From assembly GCA_963837955.1 (NCBI GenBank), contig CAWIPH010000002.1:2624001-2688000 (forward strand): DNA of 64,000 nt, written 5' to 3'. The number at the start of each line of letters is the position of its first letter. Position 1 is the first letter of the stretch. Below, piece by piece: positions 10,165 through 19,567 of the stretch. The notes under the pieces were generated by a model. The model worked only from the letters and a program-made list of their open reading frames with translations. It was not told the DNA's origin and ran no database searches. The stretch comes from an uncultured Verrucomicrobiae bacterium. GTDB taxonomy: Bacteria; Verrucomicrobiota; Verrucomicrobiia; Chthoniobacterales; JAFAMB01. A program made the position numbers and the translations under genes.

Positions 10165-10227
10165 GCGCGTAAGTAGAATGTCCACTACCGGCAAGCCAGT
10201 GATTCCGGATGGACGCGGAAAAAGCCG

Positions 10228-10257
10228 AACGAGTGGCGAGAGAAGGGAGTCGAACGC
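10228..10257 (-). promoter_or_regulatory. LytTR-type direct-repeat box
   Basis: GCGTTCGAC-N12-CCACTCGTT on the minus strand. Confidence 0.6.
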
Positions 10258-10471
10258 GGAGTGTTCTTACGCGAACGCGTGTCGATGTAATGGGGTGGTG
10301 GCGTGATGTCAGGGCGAACAATGATCGTTAAAGGCGATCGAGCCGAGAACCGGGGGTCTGACAGCGGGGCCAAAACCAAGTAGAATCATGTTTTGAGGGC
10401 GGCATAGCGTTTGTGGAATGAGTTAGAACGCACTCTTGTGCTGCGGCCGACCAAGCAGCTAAAAGAGCAAA

Positions 10472-10594
10472 CTACCGGAGATCTGCCTGGGCCGCTCGAA
10501 GTGCGGCAGGCAACGGCAGACTCAGCTCTACATACTGGTGGGTCAGCGCGACCAGCTTCGCGAAATAAGAGAATTGCTCGATGTTAGTACTCAT
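10472..10594 (-). CDS. Small hypothetical protein (40 aa; longer start at 10738 possible)
   Basis: RBS CAGGAG about 10 nt before ATG; MSTNIEQFSYFAKLVALTHQYVELSLPLPAALRAAQADLR. Confidence 0.55.
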   Translation of the reverse strand: MSTNIEQFSYFAKLVALTHQYVELSLPLPAALRAAQADLR

Positions 10595-10804
10595 TTTTGT
10601 GAACTCCTGGTTGATAAGAATTGATTCTAAATCCTTGATGCATAGTGCGGCGTTCGCGCTGAGCGGCCAGGCCGAAATCTGTTCGTTTACGGTTCCATGC
10701 CCCACGCGCGTCCATTCGCTAAGGTTTCGGTCTGCCATACGGCGTTAATAGAGGACTTCGGCTACTGAGGGCCTAATGATTCCGGACAGACGCGGAAAAA
10801 GCCG

Positions 10805-10834
10805 GACGAGTGGTCGAAGAGGGGAGTCGAGCGC
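10805..10834 (-). promoter_or_regulatory. LytTR-type direct-repeat box
   Basis: GCGCTCGAC-N12-CCACTCGTC on the minus strand. Confidence 0.6.
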
Positions 10835-10870
10835 GGAATGTTCTTGCGTGGTGGAGTGTCCGAGTGGTGG

Positions 10871-10944
10871 GCGAGTAGCCTGATGCTCCGCCTCAGGAAT
10901 CCAAGGCGCGCCAATCTCCTGAGGCGGAGCATCAGACTACCCGC
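10871..10944. repeat. 28-bp inverted repeat in the divergent promoter region
   Basis: Arms 10871-10898 and 10917-10944 with 2 mismatches. Confidence 0.9.
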
Positions 10945-11058
10945 TAATCCGCGTCCAGCGCTCCTTAGCCGCGTAAACAAGCAATCTTCCGCGCTTGTCA
11001 GCAAGGGATTGAAGCGTCGCTCCTCAGTTCTACCATCGGGTTGTCCAAAAACCCCTTT

Positions 11059-11229
11059 ATGATGACCAAGAAAGCGCCTCGTGAGCGCAATCCTTTCCGG
11101 CTATTCCGCAAGCTGCGGTGGCAACTATTTCGTTGCATTTTTCCTCGGCTTCGCGGCGCAACAAATAGTGTATTGAGCCAAGATGCCAAGCCTGACCACT
11201 GGGTTTGTTTCGGCGTAAGACGAGGATAA
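11059..11229 (+). CDS. Small cationic peptide upstream of the sensor kinase (copy 1, 56 aa)
   Basis: Homolog at 59423-59569 with many synonymous changes and an in-frame indel. Confidence 0.65.
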   Translation: MMTKKAPRERNPFRLFRKLRWQLFRCIFPRLRGATNSVLSQDAKPDHWVCFGVRRG

Positions 11230-11257
11230 AACGATCTCCTAGAGAACCTCTAAATTT

Positions 11258-13261
11258 GTGATTCTCCCTCCTCCGTTGTTACTAGTTGCTAACGCGCTGA
11301 GTAACGATGCGATCGTCATCGAAAGATCTTTCAATTTCGGCGTCGGCAGCGCGCTCTCAGCGCTCCTCCTGGTCCTGGCGTTACGCTCGACCGGAGAAAA
11401 TCGCGTCGCGCGTCTCGGTTTCGCCGCGTGCGCTCTCATTTTTACATCAGGTGCCTGTGTCAAAGAGGTGGCTCTCTCCTTGGGTCAATCGACTCGGTCG
11501 GTACCGGTGCTTCTGGCTGGGAGCTTAGCATTCTGCGCAGCCTCGGCTTGGCCGGTCACGATTCTCGCGCTATGGGGACAGGGTACTTATGCCTCCAATT
11601 GGAGACGATGTCTGGGCCGGGCGGTTTTCGCGTTGGCCATCGTAAGCGCTGTCTTGTTGAGCTTCGCATACCTTGCCGGACTGCTTCCGGCGCCGGTCTA
11701 CTACGTTCGGGGGGTGGAAAGGCCACAGGCAACTCTCGATCTTACTGCCTACAACGGTTTATGCTTCCTTTGGCTCGGCGCATTCATCTTCTTGCCTGGC
11801 CGGCTGCGAGGACGGCTCTCCTGGATATCCATAACCGCATTACTGACCGGGATCACTCTGGTTACAATGTGTGCCTTGGAAGAACACATCGAAAATGTCC
11901 CGTCCTGCGTGCAATCGTTGCTCCTCTTTAGCAGGCCGTTCAGCGTACTGCTCGTCGTCGCTGGTGGCCTTTTCGGCTTTTCCCGCTTTCGCTTTAGCGA
12001 CATTTTCGCGCAAAAGGGCCTCCGCATTTTGCTAGGCGCTTTGCTTGCTCTAGGTAGCTCGTTTCTTGCTCGTACTGTTTTCGGAATGTCGATGCATGAA
12101 AATGGGCATTCGGACGGCTTAGCGGTCCTCGGATTGGCTGCAATCGTCTGGGTAGCGATCATTTGCTATGCGAGAATCACGATGATTAGTGATTGGTTGG
12201 TCGATCGGCAAATTTTCCGCCAAGCTGATTACCAACGCGCGCTTAAATCATTTCGCGAAGTCATTGCGACCGAATCTGAACCAGCGGCAATCTTTAACAC
12301 TGGAAAAGAACTGGTGAGGAGCGCGCTGCGTATCGAAGACGCGAGTGTCCGTTCGCTCGGCCCCTCGCAGGTCGGCTTCGCCCGGGCACTCTCCTCGGAT
12401 TTCGCCCGGGACGGTATGTTCCCGATCCAAAAAGGGGAGGAGCCGGCGCCATTTTGCCTCGCGATCTCGCCGGGTCCCGGTCGCCATACGCTTTTCAATG
12501 CCGAGATCGATTTTCTTCGGGAAGTCTGTCTCGTAATTGGGCGCCGTCTGGAAGCAATCGACCGTGAAAAAGAAAATATCGAAAGGGCTCGCCGAGAGGC
12601 GCAGCTAGTTAAGCAATTGGTGGAAGCGCAACTCCGAGCTCTGCGGGCTCAGATCAATCCCCATTTTCTGTTCAACTCCTTGAACAGTGTTGCTGCCTTG
12701 ATTACGACCGAACCGCGAGTCGCCGAGGAAATGATCATCCGACTCGCCAAGATCTTTCGACACGTGCTGACTCATCACGATCGCCCCTTTAGCTCGATCA
12801 AGGAAGAAATCTCTTTTTTAAAAGCGTATTTGCAAATTGAAAAGGTCCGATTCGGCGAGCGCCTGCAAGTTAACTTTGATATCCAGGAGTCAGTATGGCA
12901 GTTCTCCGTACCAACACTGATCCTCCAACCATTGGTAGAAAACTCCATCAAGCACGGGTTGGGCCCGAAGATCGGCGAGAACCAACTGACGATTCGCGCT
13001 CGCCAGCGAACGGATTACCTTGAACTAACGGTTGAAGACAATGGCGTCGGCGCCAGCGCGCCAAATAAGCTATTCGGAAGCAGCTCCAGCGGGTTTGGGC
13101 TCCGGAACCTGGAAGAGAGGCTGCAGACAGTTTACCGCGGCAACGCCCGGTTCTCTTTTGAAAGTCAGCCTCGGATCGGATCTCGCGCCCAGATTTTGAT
13201 TCCTGTTCCAGCGTCTGCGAAAGAGATCAATCCGACACACAATTATCTTTTGTGTTCTTGA
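11258..13261 (+). CDS. LytS/YehU-type membrane sensor histidine kinase (copy 1)
   Basis: Multi-TM N-terminus, LRAQINPHFLFNSLN H-box, LQPLVENSIKHG, VEDNGVG, GFGLRN. Confidence 0.93.
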   Translation: MILPPPLLLVANALSNDAIVIERSFNFGVGSALSALLLVLALRSTGENRVARLGFAACALIFTSGACVKEVALSLGQSTRSVPVLLAGSLAFCAASAWPVTILALWGQGTYASNWRRCLGRAVFALAIVSAVLLSFAYLAGLLPAPVYYVRGVERPQATLDLTAYNGLCFLWLGAFIFLPGRLRGRLSWISITALLTGITLVTMCALEEHIENVPSCVQSLLLFSRPFSVLLVVAGGLFGFSRFRFSDIFAQKGLRILLGALLALGSSFLARTVFGMSMHENGHSDGLAVLGLAAIVWVAIICYARITMISDWLVDRQIFRQADYQRALKSFREVIATESEPAAIFNTGKELVRSALRIEDASVRSLGPSQVGFARALSSDFARDGMFPIQKGEEPAPFCLAISPGPGRHTLFNAEIDFLREVCLVIGRRLEAIDREKENIERARREAQLVKQLVEAQLRALRAQINPHFLFNSLNSVAALITTEPRVAEEMIIRLAKIFRHVLTHHDRPFSSIKEEISFLKAYLQIEKVRFGERLQVNFDIQESVWQFSVPTLILQPLVENSIKHGLGPKIGENQLTIRARQRTDYLELTVEDNGVGASAPNKLFGSSSSGFGLRNLEERLQTVYRGNARFSFESQPRIGSRAQILIPVPASAKEINPTHNYLLCS

Positions 13262-13697
13262 TCAGCAGCAAAAAATGCCTCCCAACGTAGCGCCCCCGGT
13301 TTTTCGCAGGCCACAGTCGCGACGTCGTTGGTAGTCGCCGGTCAAGCTGATGTGTTTCTATTTCAATAAAGAGCGAGGTACCAGCAGTGATCCGGCTCGC
13401 CCAAGAATCATGGAGACTATGATAAATCGCGTCGAGAATGTCGCCATTGGTCCATCATTGCGAAGTTTAGAGTTAGGCTTTTGTCTTGAAGTGCACGTTT
13501 CCTGTGCATATTCTCGAACAGTTTAACGAACGTTATTTCAGCTCCTTCTCCCCCCAACGCGGTTCGGCTGCGGCGTAGCTCGGTCTAGGGGTCGCTCGAT
13601 GTTCAGGTGGCACCCGAGGTCTGCCCAGACTCTGCCACCAAGTTCAAGATCTGCAAAGTACCGGACAATAAACCATAAAAAACACTGGGAGATTCAG

Positions 13698-14021
13698 ATG
13701 CCACACTATTTACAACAAATTGCGTATTCAATTGAAGGTTGGAAGGCGTTAGTTAAGAAGCCGCAGAACCGCATTGAAGCGGTGCGACCAGCGATTGAAA
13801 AGCTCGGCGGAACGATCGAGAGCGCTTGGTTCACGTTTGGGGACTACGATGTTGTGTTAATCGTTAAGATGCCCAGTAACGTGGACGCGAGCGCGATTTC
13901 CATAGCCTTCGCTGCGGGTGGCGCTTGTAAGGCCGTTAAAACCACGCCTTTACTAACCGTTGAGGACGCGATGAAAGCGATGAAGAAGGCGGCGGGCTCC
14001 GAATATCGCCCCGCAACGTGA
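13698..14021 (+). CDS. GYD domain protein
   Basis: FTFGDYDVV motif; RBS GGGAG. Confidence 0.88.
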   Translation: MPHYLQQIAYSIEGWKALVKKPQNRIEAVRPAIEKLGGTIESAWFTFGDYDVVLIVKMPSNVDASAISIAFAAGGACKAVKTTPLLTVEDAMKAMKKAAGSEYRPAT

Positions 14022-14069
14022 AAACCTATCCGGTCAATCAAACAAACATAGATTGCGGGAGAGTAAATA

Positions 14070-14501
14070 ATGACAACAGAAAACGACGTCCGCGCAGCAT
14101 CAAAAGAATTTTATTTAGCACTGAACCGCATGCTCAATGGGGATGCCAGTTCATTGGGAGACATCTGGTCCCACAGCGCGACTGTGACGACAATGCACCC
14201 GATCGGCGGTCGCGAAGTCGGATGGGATCAGGTTAGAGGATCATGGGAACAAGTGGCTCAACTAACCACGGAGGGGCAGGTTAGTCTGAGCGATCAATTC
14301 ATTCAGGTCGCCGGAGACGCGGCCTACGAACTGGGTGTCGAGCATGGACAGTTTAAGCTGGCTGGACAGCCGGTGACTGGCGACTGTCGCGTCACGAACA
14401 TCTATCGTCGAGAATCTGGAGGTTGGAAGATTGTCCATCACCACACTGACACTGCCCAGTCAATGATAGATGCGCTCAGCCGTCTGGGGAAGAAGACGTG
14501 A
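14070..14501 (+). CDS. SnoaL/NTF2-like (DUF4440) protein
   Basis: RVTNIYRRESGGWKIVHHHTD. Confidence 0.88.
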   Translation: MTTENDVRAASKEFYLALNRMLNGDASSLGDIWSHSATVTTMHPIGGREVGWDQVRGSWEQVAQLTTEGQVSLSDQFIQVAGDAAYELGVEHGQFKLAGQPVTGDCRVTNIYRRESGGWKIVHHHTDTAQSMIDALSRLGKKT

Positions 14502-14551
14502 AATTCGCGCAACTCACATGGCGTGAGTTTCTGTCTACATAGGTCGAAGAA

Positions 14552-14579
14552 ATCAGGAACCGCAAAAGCGGTTCCTGAT
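14552..14579. terminator. Hairpin between convergent genes
   Basis: ATCAGGAACCGC-AAAA-GCGGTTCCTGAT perfect 12-bp stem. Confidence 0.65.
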
Positions 14580-14703
14580 CTGCCTGCCTCATCGAAAACT
14601 GTCGCTGGTTAGGTTTCCCGACCTTCCCGGGTCGTGGTCACGAGCGCTGGCAGGGTCTCGTTATCTCCAATATTAGAGACGATCCCGGTGCAAGTTAGAG
14701 ACG

Positions 14704-15453
14704 TCAGTCGGCGATCATTCCTCCGTCGACCGCCAGGGATGCGCCGATGATGTAGGATGCCTTGTCAGAGCCAATGAACACGATGGCATTGGCAATTTCT
14801 TCGGGAGTGCCGATGCGCTTGTTAGGAACTTGGGCCTCAAGGAAATTTGCTTTGTTTTCCTTCGTTTGCGCAAAGTGATTGAACATTCCCGTTTCCACCG
14901 GGCCAGGGCCAACGATGTTAACACGAACGCCGGTACCGGCGAGTTCGAGGGCCGCTGACTTCGTGATGCCTTCCACGGCGTGCTTGCTGCCGACATACAC
15001 CGCCGCGGTCGGGCCACCGACTTTGCCGTACGCAGACGAGATGTTAACGATGCTGCCTTTGCCTTGCGGGAGCATAGCCCGAATCTCGTACTTCATGCTC
15101 AGAAGCACACCAAGCACATTGGTGTCGAAGATGGCTTGATAGCTCTCGGTGGTTACATCGGCAGCCGAACCGGGATTGCCCACGGTGCCAGCGTTATTGA
15201 CGGCAATGTCGAGGCGACCGAAACGAGCGATGGTCTGGTCGATGAGGTTCTTGACTTCCTCTTCATACCGAACATCGGTGCGCAGAAATTCGGCCTCAGT
15301 GCCGAGCTTGCGCAGTTCAGTGGCTAGGTTCTGACCTGCATCGTCGTGTCGACCGGAAACAACCACCCGCGCTCCTTCACGCGCGAAGGCCAGGGCCGTG
15401 GCCCGACCGATGCCGGTGAGTGCGCCAGTGATAAGTACGGTGGGAGTGTTCAT
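14704..15453 (-). CDS. Short-chain dehydrogenase/reductase
   Basis: TGALTGIG, NNAG, YVGSK. Confidence 0.95.
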   Translation of the reverse strand: MNTPTVLITGALTGIGRATALAFAREGARVVVSGRHDDAGQNLATELRKLGTEAEFLRTDVRYEEEVKNLIDQTIARFGRLDIAVNNAGTVGNPGSAADVTTESYQAIFDTNVLGVLLSMKYEIRAMLPQGKGSIVNISSAYGKVGGPTAAVYVGSKHAVEGITKSAALELAGTGVRVNIVGPGPVETGMFNHFAQTKENKANFLEAQVPNKRIGTPEEIANAIVFIGSDKASYIIGASLAVDGGMIAD

Positions 15454-15802
15454 ATAATTTTTCTTTGCTGTGGGTGATGACTGAAGAGTTTTCGTAACCG
15501 TGGAATTGGATTTTCAACCTAGATAAACAACCAATCGGTTCACTATGGATGAGCGATGCCCGCTGGGGCGGATAAGAGGACTTTCCTCTTTCGATTGTGG
15601 CCTTGTTTTCATGAGCCGAGCTTACCGGCGAAAGAAAGAATCAGCTCGCGGGCTCTTGCTCAACCTGTCGGACTTTTGCGCAAGCTACACTGCTAGCCCG
15701 CAGCCTGAATTGTTCACCGCAGGGCGAAGCCGCAACCAAATCCCGCCGTCGCCCATACGCGTCAACATAAGAATGGTTTGCCTGCTCCATCGCCGGGAGG
15801 GC

Positions 15803-15918
15803 GCGCGTCCCCGCGCGCCGAGAAAACGATCTCTAACCTGGGGGACGCAATTGAACCCTTGGTATACAAACGCGCTTGGGTCCGGCCACAAGGGATCGCG
15901 GGGACGCGATCCCTCCCA
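15803..15918. repeat. REP/REPIN-like palindrome, family A-related
   Basis: GGGAGGGCGCGCGTCCCCGCG ... GATCGCGGGGACGCGATCCCTCCC. Confidence 0.65.
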
Positions 15919-16111
15919 GCGTTGGGTCCCGCTGCCGCGACGCCGTCGCCTGACCAGTTCTCAGCACGATTAATCAATCGAGCGGGCTATGGCGGGCAGG
16001 CCGTCCGCGAACCCGTCGTCGAAGGTTTTGTCTTAACCAAGTCTCGGAGTGCCATTGTAAAATTGATTTCTGGGTAGTTGGGAAATGCCGGAAAGAAGCC
16101 ATTGGCGGCCA

Positions 16112-16516
16112 TCAATTGGGCACAATCGTGTAACCAAAATTGTGGATTCCCGGTACACCTTTTTGCGCGGTGACCGGAGCTCCAAAGCCCGGATAAGCCG
16201 GAACTAGCAGCACAAAGCTTCCTTTCACTCCTCGGCCATACCCTCTGTTACCGTGCCAATTGACAGTGAGCGTGAATGCTCGTGGAACAGTACTACTTAC
16301 TTGAACCCACCACGCTCGGTACCTGTGGTCATAATACTGGTGGGATGTCCAGCCTCCGTTTTGGGCGATGGCGGGAAGTTGCCAGCCGATCAATACACCG
16401 ATGACCAATAAGAGTTTAAGATTAACGCTATGAGCTAATCTGATTTTTGCAGAACGCGCTGCGAACGAGCCGACTAACAGTATGATCAACAAGGGAGAAC
16501 AGCAGAGCGATTTCAT
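16112..16516 (-). CDS. Hypothetical exported protein
   Basis: Hydrophobic N-terminus ending in AIAQ, compact C-terminal domain; start uncertain. Confidence 0.45.
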   Translation of the reverse strand: MKSLCCSPLLIILLVGSFAARSAKIRLAHSVNLKLLLVIGVLIGWQLPAIAQNGGWTSHQYYDHRYRAWWVQVSSTVPRAFTLTVNWHGNRGYGRGVKGSFVLLVPAYPGFGAPVTAQKGVPGIHNFGYTIVPN

Positions 16517-16559
16517 AGCTGGCGGGAGTTCAGGTGATTTTTATCAGATACCAGGCATT

Positions 16560-16885
16560 TCTGTCACGCCATTGATGCCGGTTGCTCTCGGCGCCGCGAC
16601 CGAAATACTGCAATCGGTGACAAGGGCAATTTTACCTTCAAGTTTCTTTGACATAGTATTTCTCAGATGTGGTACCAGCCAAAGGCGCCATGCCCTTTTG
16701 CCCTTAGCGAGCCAGTTTTCCGCCTTCGGCGGCACGTGAAGCCCCGGTGATGTACGAAGCCTTGTTGGCGGCGAGGAAAAGGATGCCTTCCGCGATCTCT
16801 TCCGGCTGCGCGATGCGTTTCATTGGGACTCGCGAGATGAGGTCAGCCTTGTTTTCGGGAGTGCCGGTGAAGGGGTTTAAACGTT
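16560..16885 (-). pseudogene. Remnants of two tandem SDR genes
   Basis: C-terminal piece ENKADLISRVPMKRIAQPEEIAEGILFLAANKASYITG followed by N-terminal piece MSKKLEGKIALVT (ATG ~16654). Confidence 0.75.
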
Positions 16886-16929
16886 GAGGTAATGGCTTTC
16901 AATCCGACGTCACGAGCGCAGAGGGTGAA

Positions 16930-17018
16930 TCGATCGTCCCTAGCGGGACGGACGCCTCTTTAACGCTATCCCACCACTGAAGTGCTGGGCTACTTTCACC
17001 GCGTCCCATCCGGGACGG
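16930..17018. repeat. REPIN-like element, family B (right half)
   Basis: CGATCGTCCC..CGGGACGG...TGCTGGGCTACTTTCA, as in 17854-18088. Confidence 0.7.
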
Positions 17019-17150
17019 AGACTCTTGCTTTTATTCCAAGCCCCTCAACGCGCGGCTCGGAGTAGATCCGAACCAGGCACAGATACTGGATTTAGAAGGT
17101 GCGTCAAGAAATATTTTGCACCAATCGGTTCATTAATCCATAATACAGGG

Positions 17151-17705
17151 ATGGGACGACCGAAAAACTTCAACCGGGAAGGGGTCTTAGAGAAGGCGCT
17201 ACCGGTGTTTTGGAGGCGCGGGTTTGCTGACGCCAGTCTTCACGAATTGGAAGTGGCTACCGGAGTCAATAAGTCCGGCCTCTACGCAGAGTTCGAGGAT
17301 AAGGAGGATCTGTTTGTGCAGAGCCTTCGATATTACCTTGAAAACGTCGAAAAAAGGGGGCTGCTGACAACGGAGCCTCTGGGCTGGAATAACATCGAAC
17401 GATTCCTCAAGATCGGACCATGCAGCGTGGAGGGACAAAAGGGATGTTTTTCCGTGAACTCCATGCGTGAGCTTCCGATATTGCCGCCCGAAGCTTTTGC
17501 CATCATCACTCGAAGCAGAAGCAAACTGAAGCGGCTCATCGCCAAGAATATTGAGGTCGAGCGCCCAAAGATGAATGCGGACTCCCTTGCGGAATTGGTC
17601 CTGACTTTTTTTACGGGACTCAGTATGGAGCACAACCTGAGTTCGCGCCGGTCCTCCATCGTCCGCAAAATCGAGGATCTGATGAACATAGTCCGGACAC
17701 TGTGA
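17151..17705 (+). CDS. TetR/AcrR family regulator
   Basis: MGRPKNFNRE...ATGVNKSGLYAEFEDKEDLF. Confidence 0.92.
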   Translation: MGRPKNFNREGVLEKALPVFWRRGFADASLHELEVATGVNKSGLYAEFEDKEDLFVQSLRYYLENVEKRGLLTTEPLGWNNIERFLKIGPCSVEGQKGCFSVNSMRELPILPPEAFAIITRSRSKLKRLIAKNIEVERPKMNADSLAELVLTFFTGLSMEHNLSSRRSSIVRKIEDLMNIVRTL

Positions 17706-17853
17706 CTAACGACTGCGGGAGCGTTCATTAAGGTAAAGAGTGTTGATCGATCTGAACTAGGTGACGGCGCTATTCGAATTTGTGTTCCAAGTCTTGCGTC
17801 CGAGCGACCACGATCGCGCGGGTGTGGTTCTCTACCCCGAAGGGGGGGAGGGC

Positions 17854-18088
17854 GCACTCGATCCCGGAGGGATACAACGAAAGTAGCCCAGCAATTTATT
17901 GCTGGGTAAAGTTAAAAAATGTGTCCGTCCCGGACGGGACGATCGACCTCCGCTTGGCTCACAAAGTCAGGTTAGAGGCCAATAACCGAACGTTTCGATC
18001 GTCCCTATCGGGACGGAGCCGTCTTCGCTTCAATTCCCAGCAATGAATTGCTGGGCTACTTTCATTGTATCCCTCCGGGATCGAGTGC
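17854..18088. repeat. REPIN-like palindromic element, family B
   Basis: About 53-bp near-perfect terminal IRs GCACTCGATCCCGGAGGGATACAA.GAAAGTAGCCCAGCAAT..ATTGCTGGG with nested hairpins. Confidence 0.85.
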
Positions 18089-18394
18089 TTTATCCCTTGG
18101 GCACATCTATGAGAGGCTCCTTCTGTCCCTTATGTTGGTGCCTGGGCGGCCGCCATCGGTCTGCATTCGGGTCCATTCGCGTCTCTTTGTGGTTCATTTG
18201 GCTTGTGTGCATCGCCCCGAAATCGCTCGTCCTCGCCGTATCCCGTGTCCTCTTGCCCTCAGTGTCGGTTCGAAGGTCGAGGACTTCGCTCCGGATCTGT
18301 GCTTTTTTGAAGCCTTTCTGTCCGACGATTCCACCACTTTGCTTCAACCCGGTTTGAGGCAAACCTGTGGGAATAGGGGCTCCAGAAAAAGCGA

Positions 18395-19438
18395 ATGATG
18401 CAAATCGGCGTAGACAGTTTCGTAGCGGCATCCGTTGATGGGGTCTCGGACAGGGCAATCGAGCCTGCGAGACATCTCAGCGAACTCCTTGAAGCCATCA
18501 CGTTGGCTGACGAAGTCGGTTTGGATGTGTTTGGCATCGGCGAACACCACCGGCGTGAGTTCCTCGACTCCGCGCCGACCGTGATCCTCGCCGCCGCCGC
18601 CGTCCGGACACGCCGCATCCGCCTAACGAGCGCCGTCACTGTGCTGAGCGCTGCCGACCCCGTGCGGGTGTTTCAGGAGTTCGCGACGCTTGATCTACTT
18701 TCGAACGGGCGGGCGGAGATCGTCGTCGGGCGCGGCTCATTCATCGAAGCATTCCCGCTCTTTGGCTTCGAGCTCGACGACTACGATTCACTCTTCGCCG
18801 AGAAGCTCGACCTGCTTCTGAACATTCGCGAGAACATGCATGTTCACTGGTCGGGCAAGCACCGCGCGGCACTCACCGGGCAGGGAGTTTACCCGCGCCC
18901 GCTCCAGAACCCGCTGCCGATTTGGCTCGGTGTCGGCGGCACGCCGAGTTCATTCACTCGCGCCGGCACACTCGGGCTGCCGCTGATGGTCGCGATCATC
19001 GGAGGCGAACCGCACCGGTTTCGGCCGTTGATCGATCGTTACCACCTGGCCGGTCTGCGCGCTGGGCATTCTCCAGATCAGCTCAAGGTGGGTATCCATT
19101 CGTTAGGTTACGTCGCCGAGAACGCGGCCCAGGCGGCAGACGACTTCTTTCCCGGTTACGCGCGAAGCTTTTCTGAGATTGGCAAGGAGCGCGGCTGGCC
19201 GCCCATCACCCGCGCACACTTCGACGCCCTGCTCGGTCCCGCCGGAGCGCTTATCGCGGGGGATCCGGAAATCGTCGCGGAGAAAATCCTGCGCGTGAGC
19301 GAGTCGTTAGGAGGCATATCGCGGCTCACGTTCCAAATGAGCGTCGCGGCGTTGCCGCATGCCAAACTGATGCGTGCGATCGAGCTGCTGGGAACGCGCG
19401 TTGCTCCTCTCGTGCGAACCGAGCTCGCATCGCGGTGA
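18395..19438 (+). CDS. LLM-class flavin-dependent oxidoreductase
   Basis: GIGEHHR, LTSAVTVLSAADPVR, GRGSFIEAFPLFG. Confidence 0.93.
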   Translation: MMQIGVDSFVAASVDGVSDRAIEPARHLSELLEAITLADEVGLDVFGIGEHHRREFLDSAPTVILAAAAVRTRRIRLTSAVTVLSAADPVRVFQEFATLDLLSNGRAEIVVGRGSFIEAFPLFGFELDDYDSLFAEKLDLLLNIRENMHVHWSGKHRAALTGQGVYPRPLQNPLPIWLGVGGTPSSFTRAGTLGLPLMVAIIGGEPHRFRPLIDRYHLAGLRAGHSPDQLKVGIHSLGYVAENAAQAADDFFPGYARSFSEIGKERGWPPITRAHFDALLGPAGALIAGDPEIVAEKILRVSESLGGISRLTFQMSVAALPHAKLMRAIELLGTRVAPLVRTELASR

Positions 19439-19567
19439 GGATTTCGAACAGGACCTGGGACCGGATATTTTTGGCCGCGAAAAAAGTTGGGAAGGTGCTT
19501 CGTCTTGCGTTGATTCAGAGTCGGTTGGCATATTGAATCTGAACTTAACCCCCATTCTCCAAGCCAA

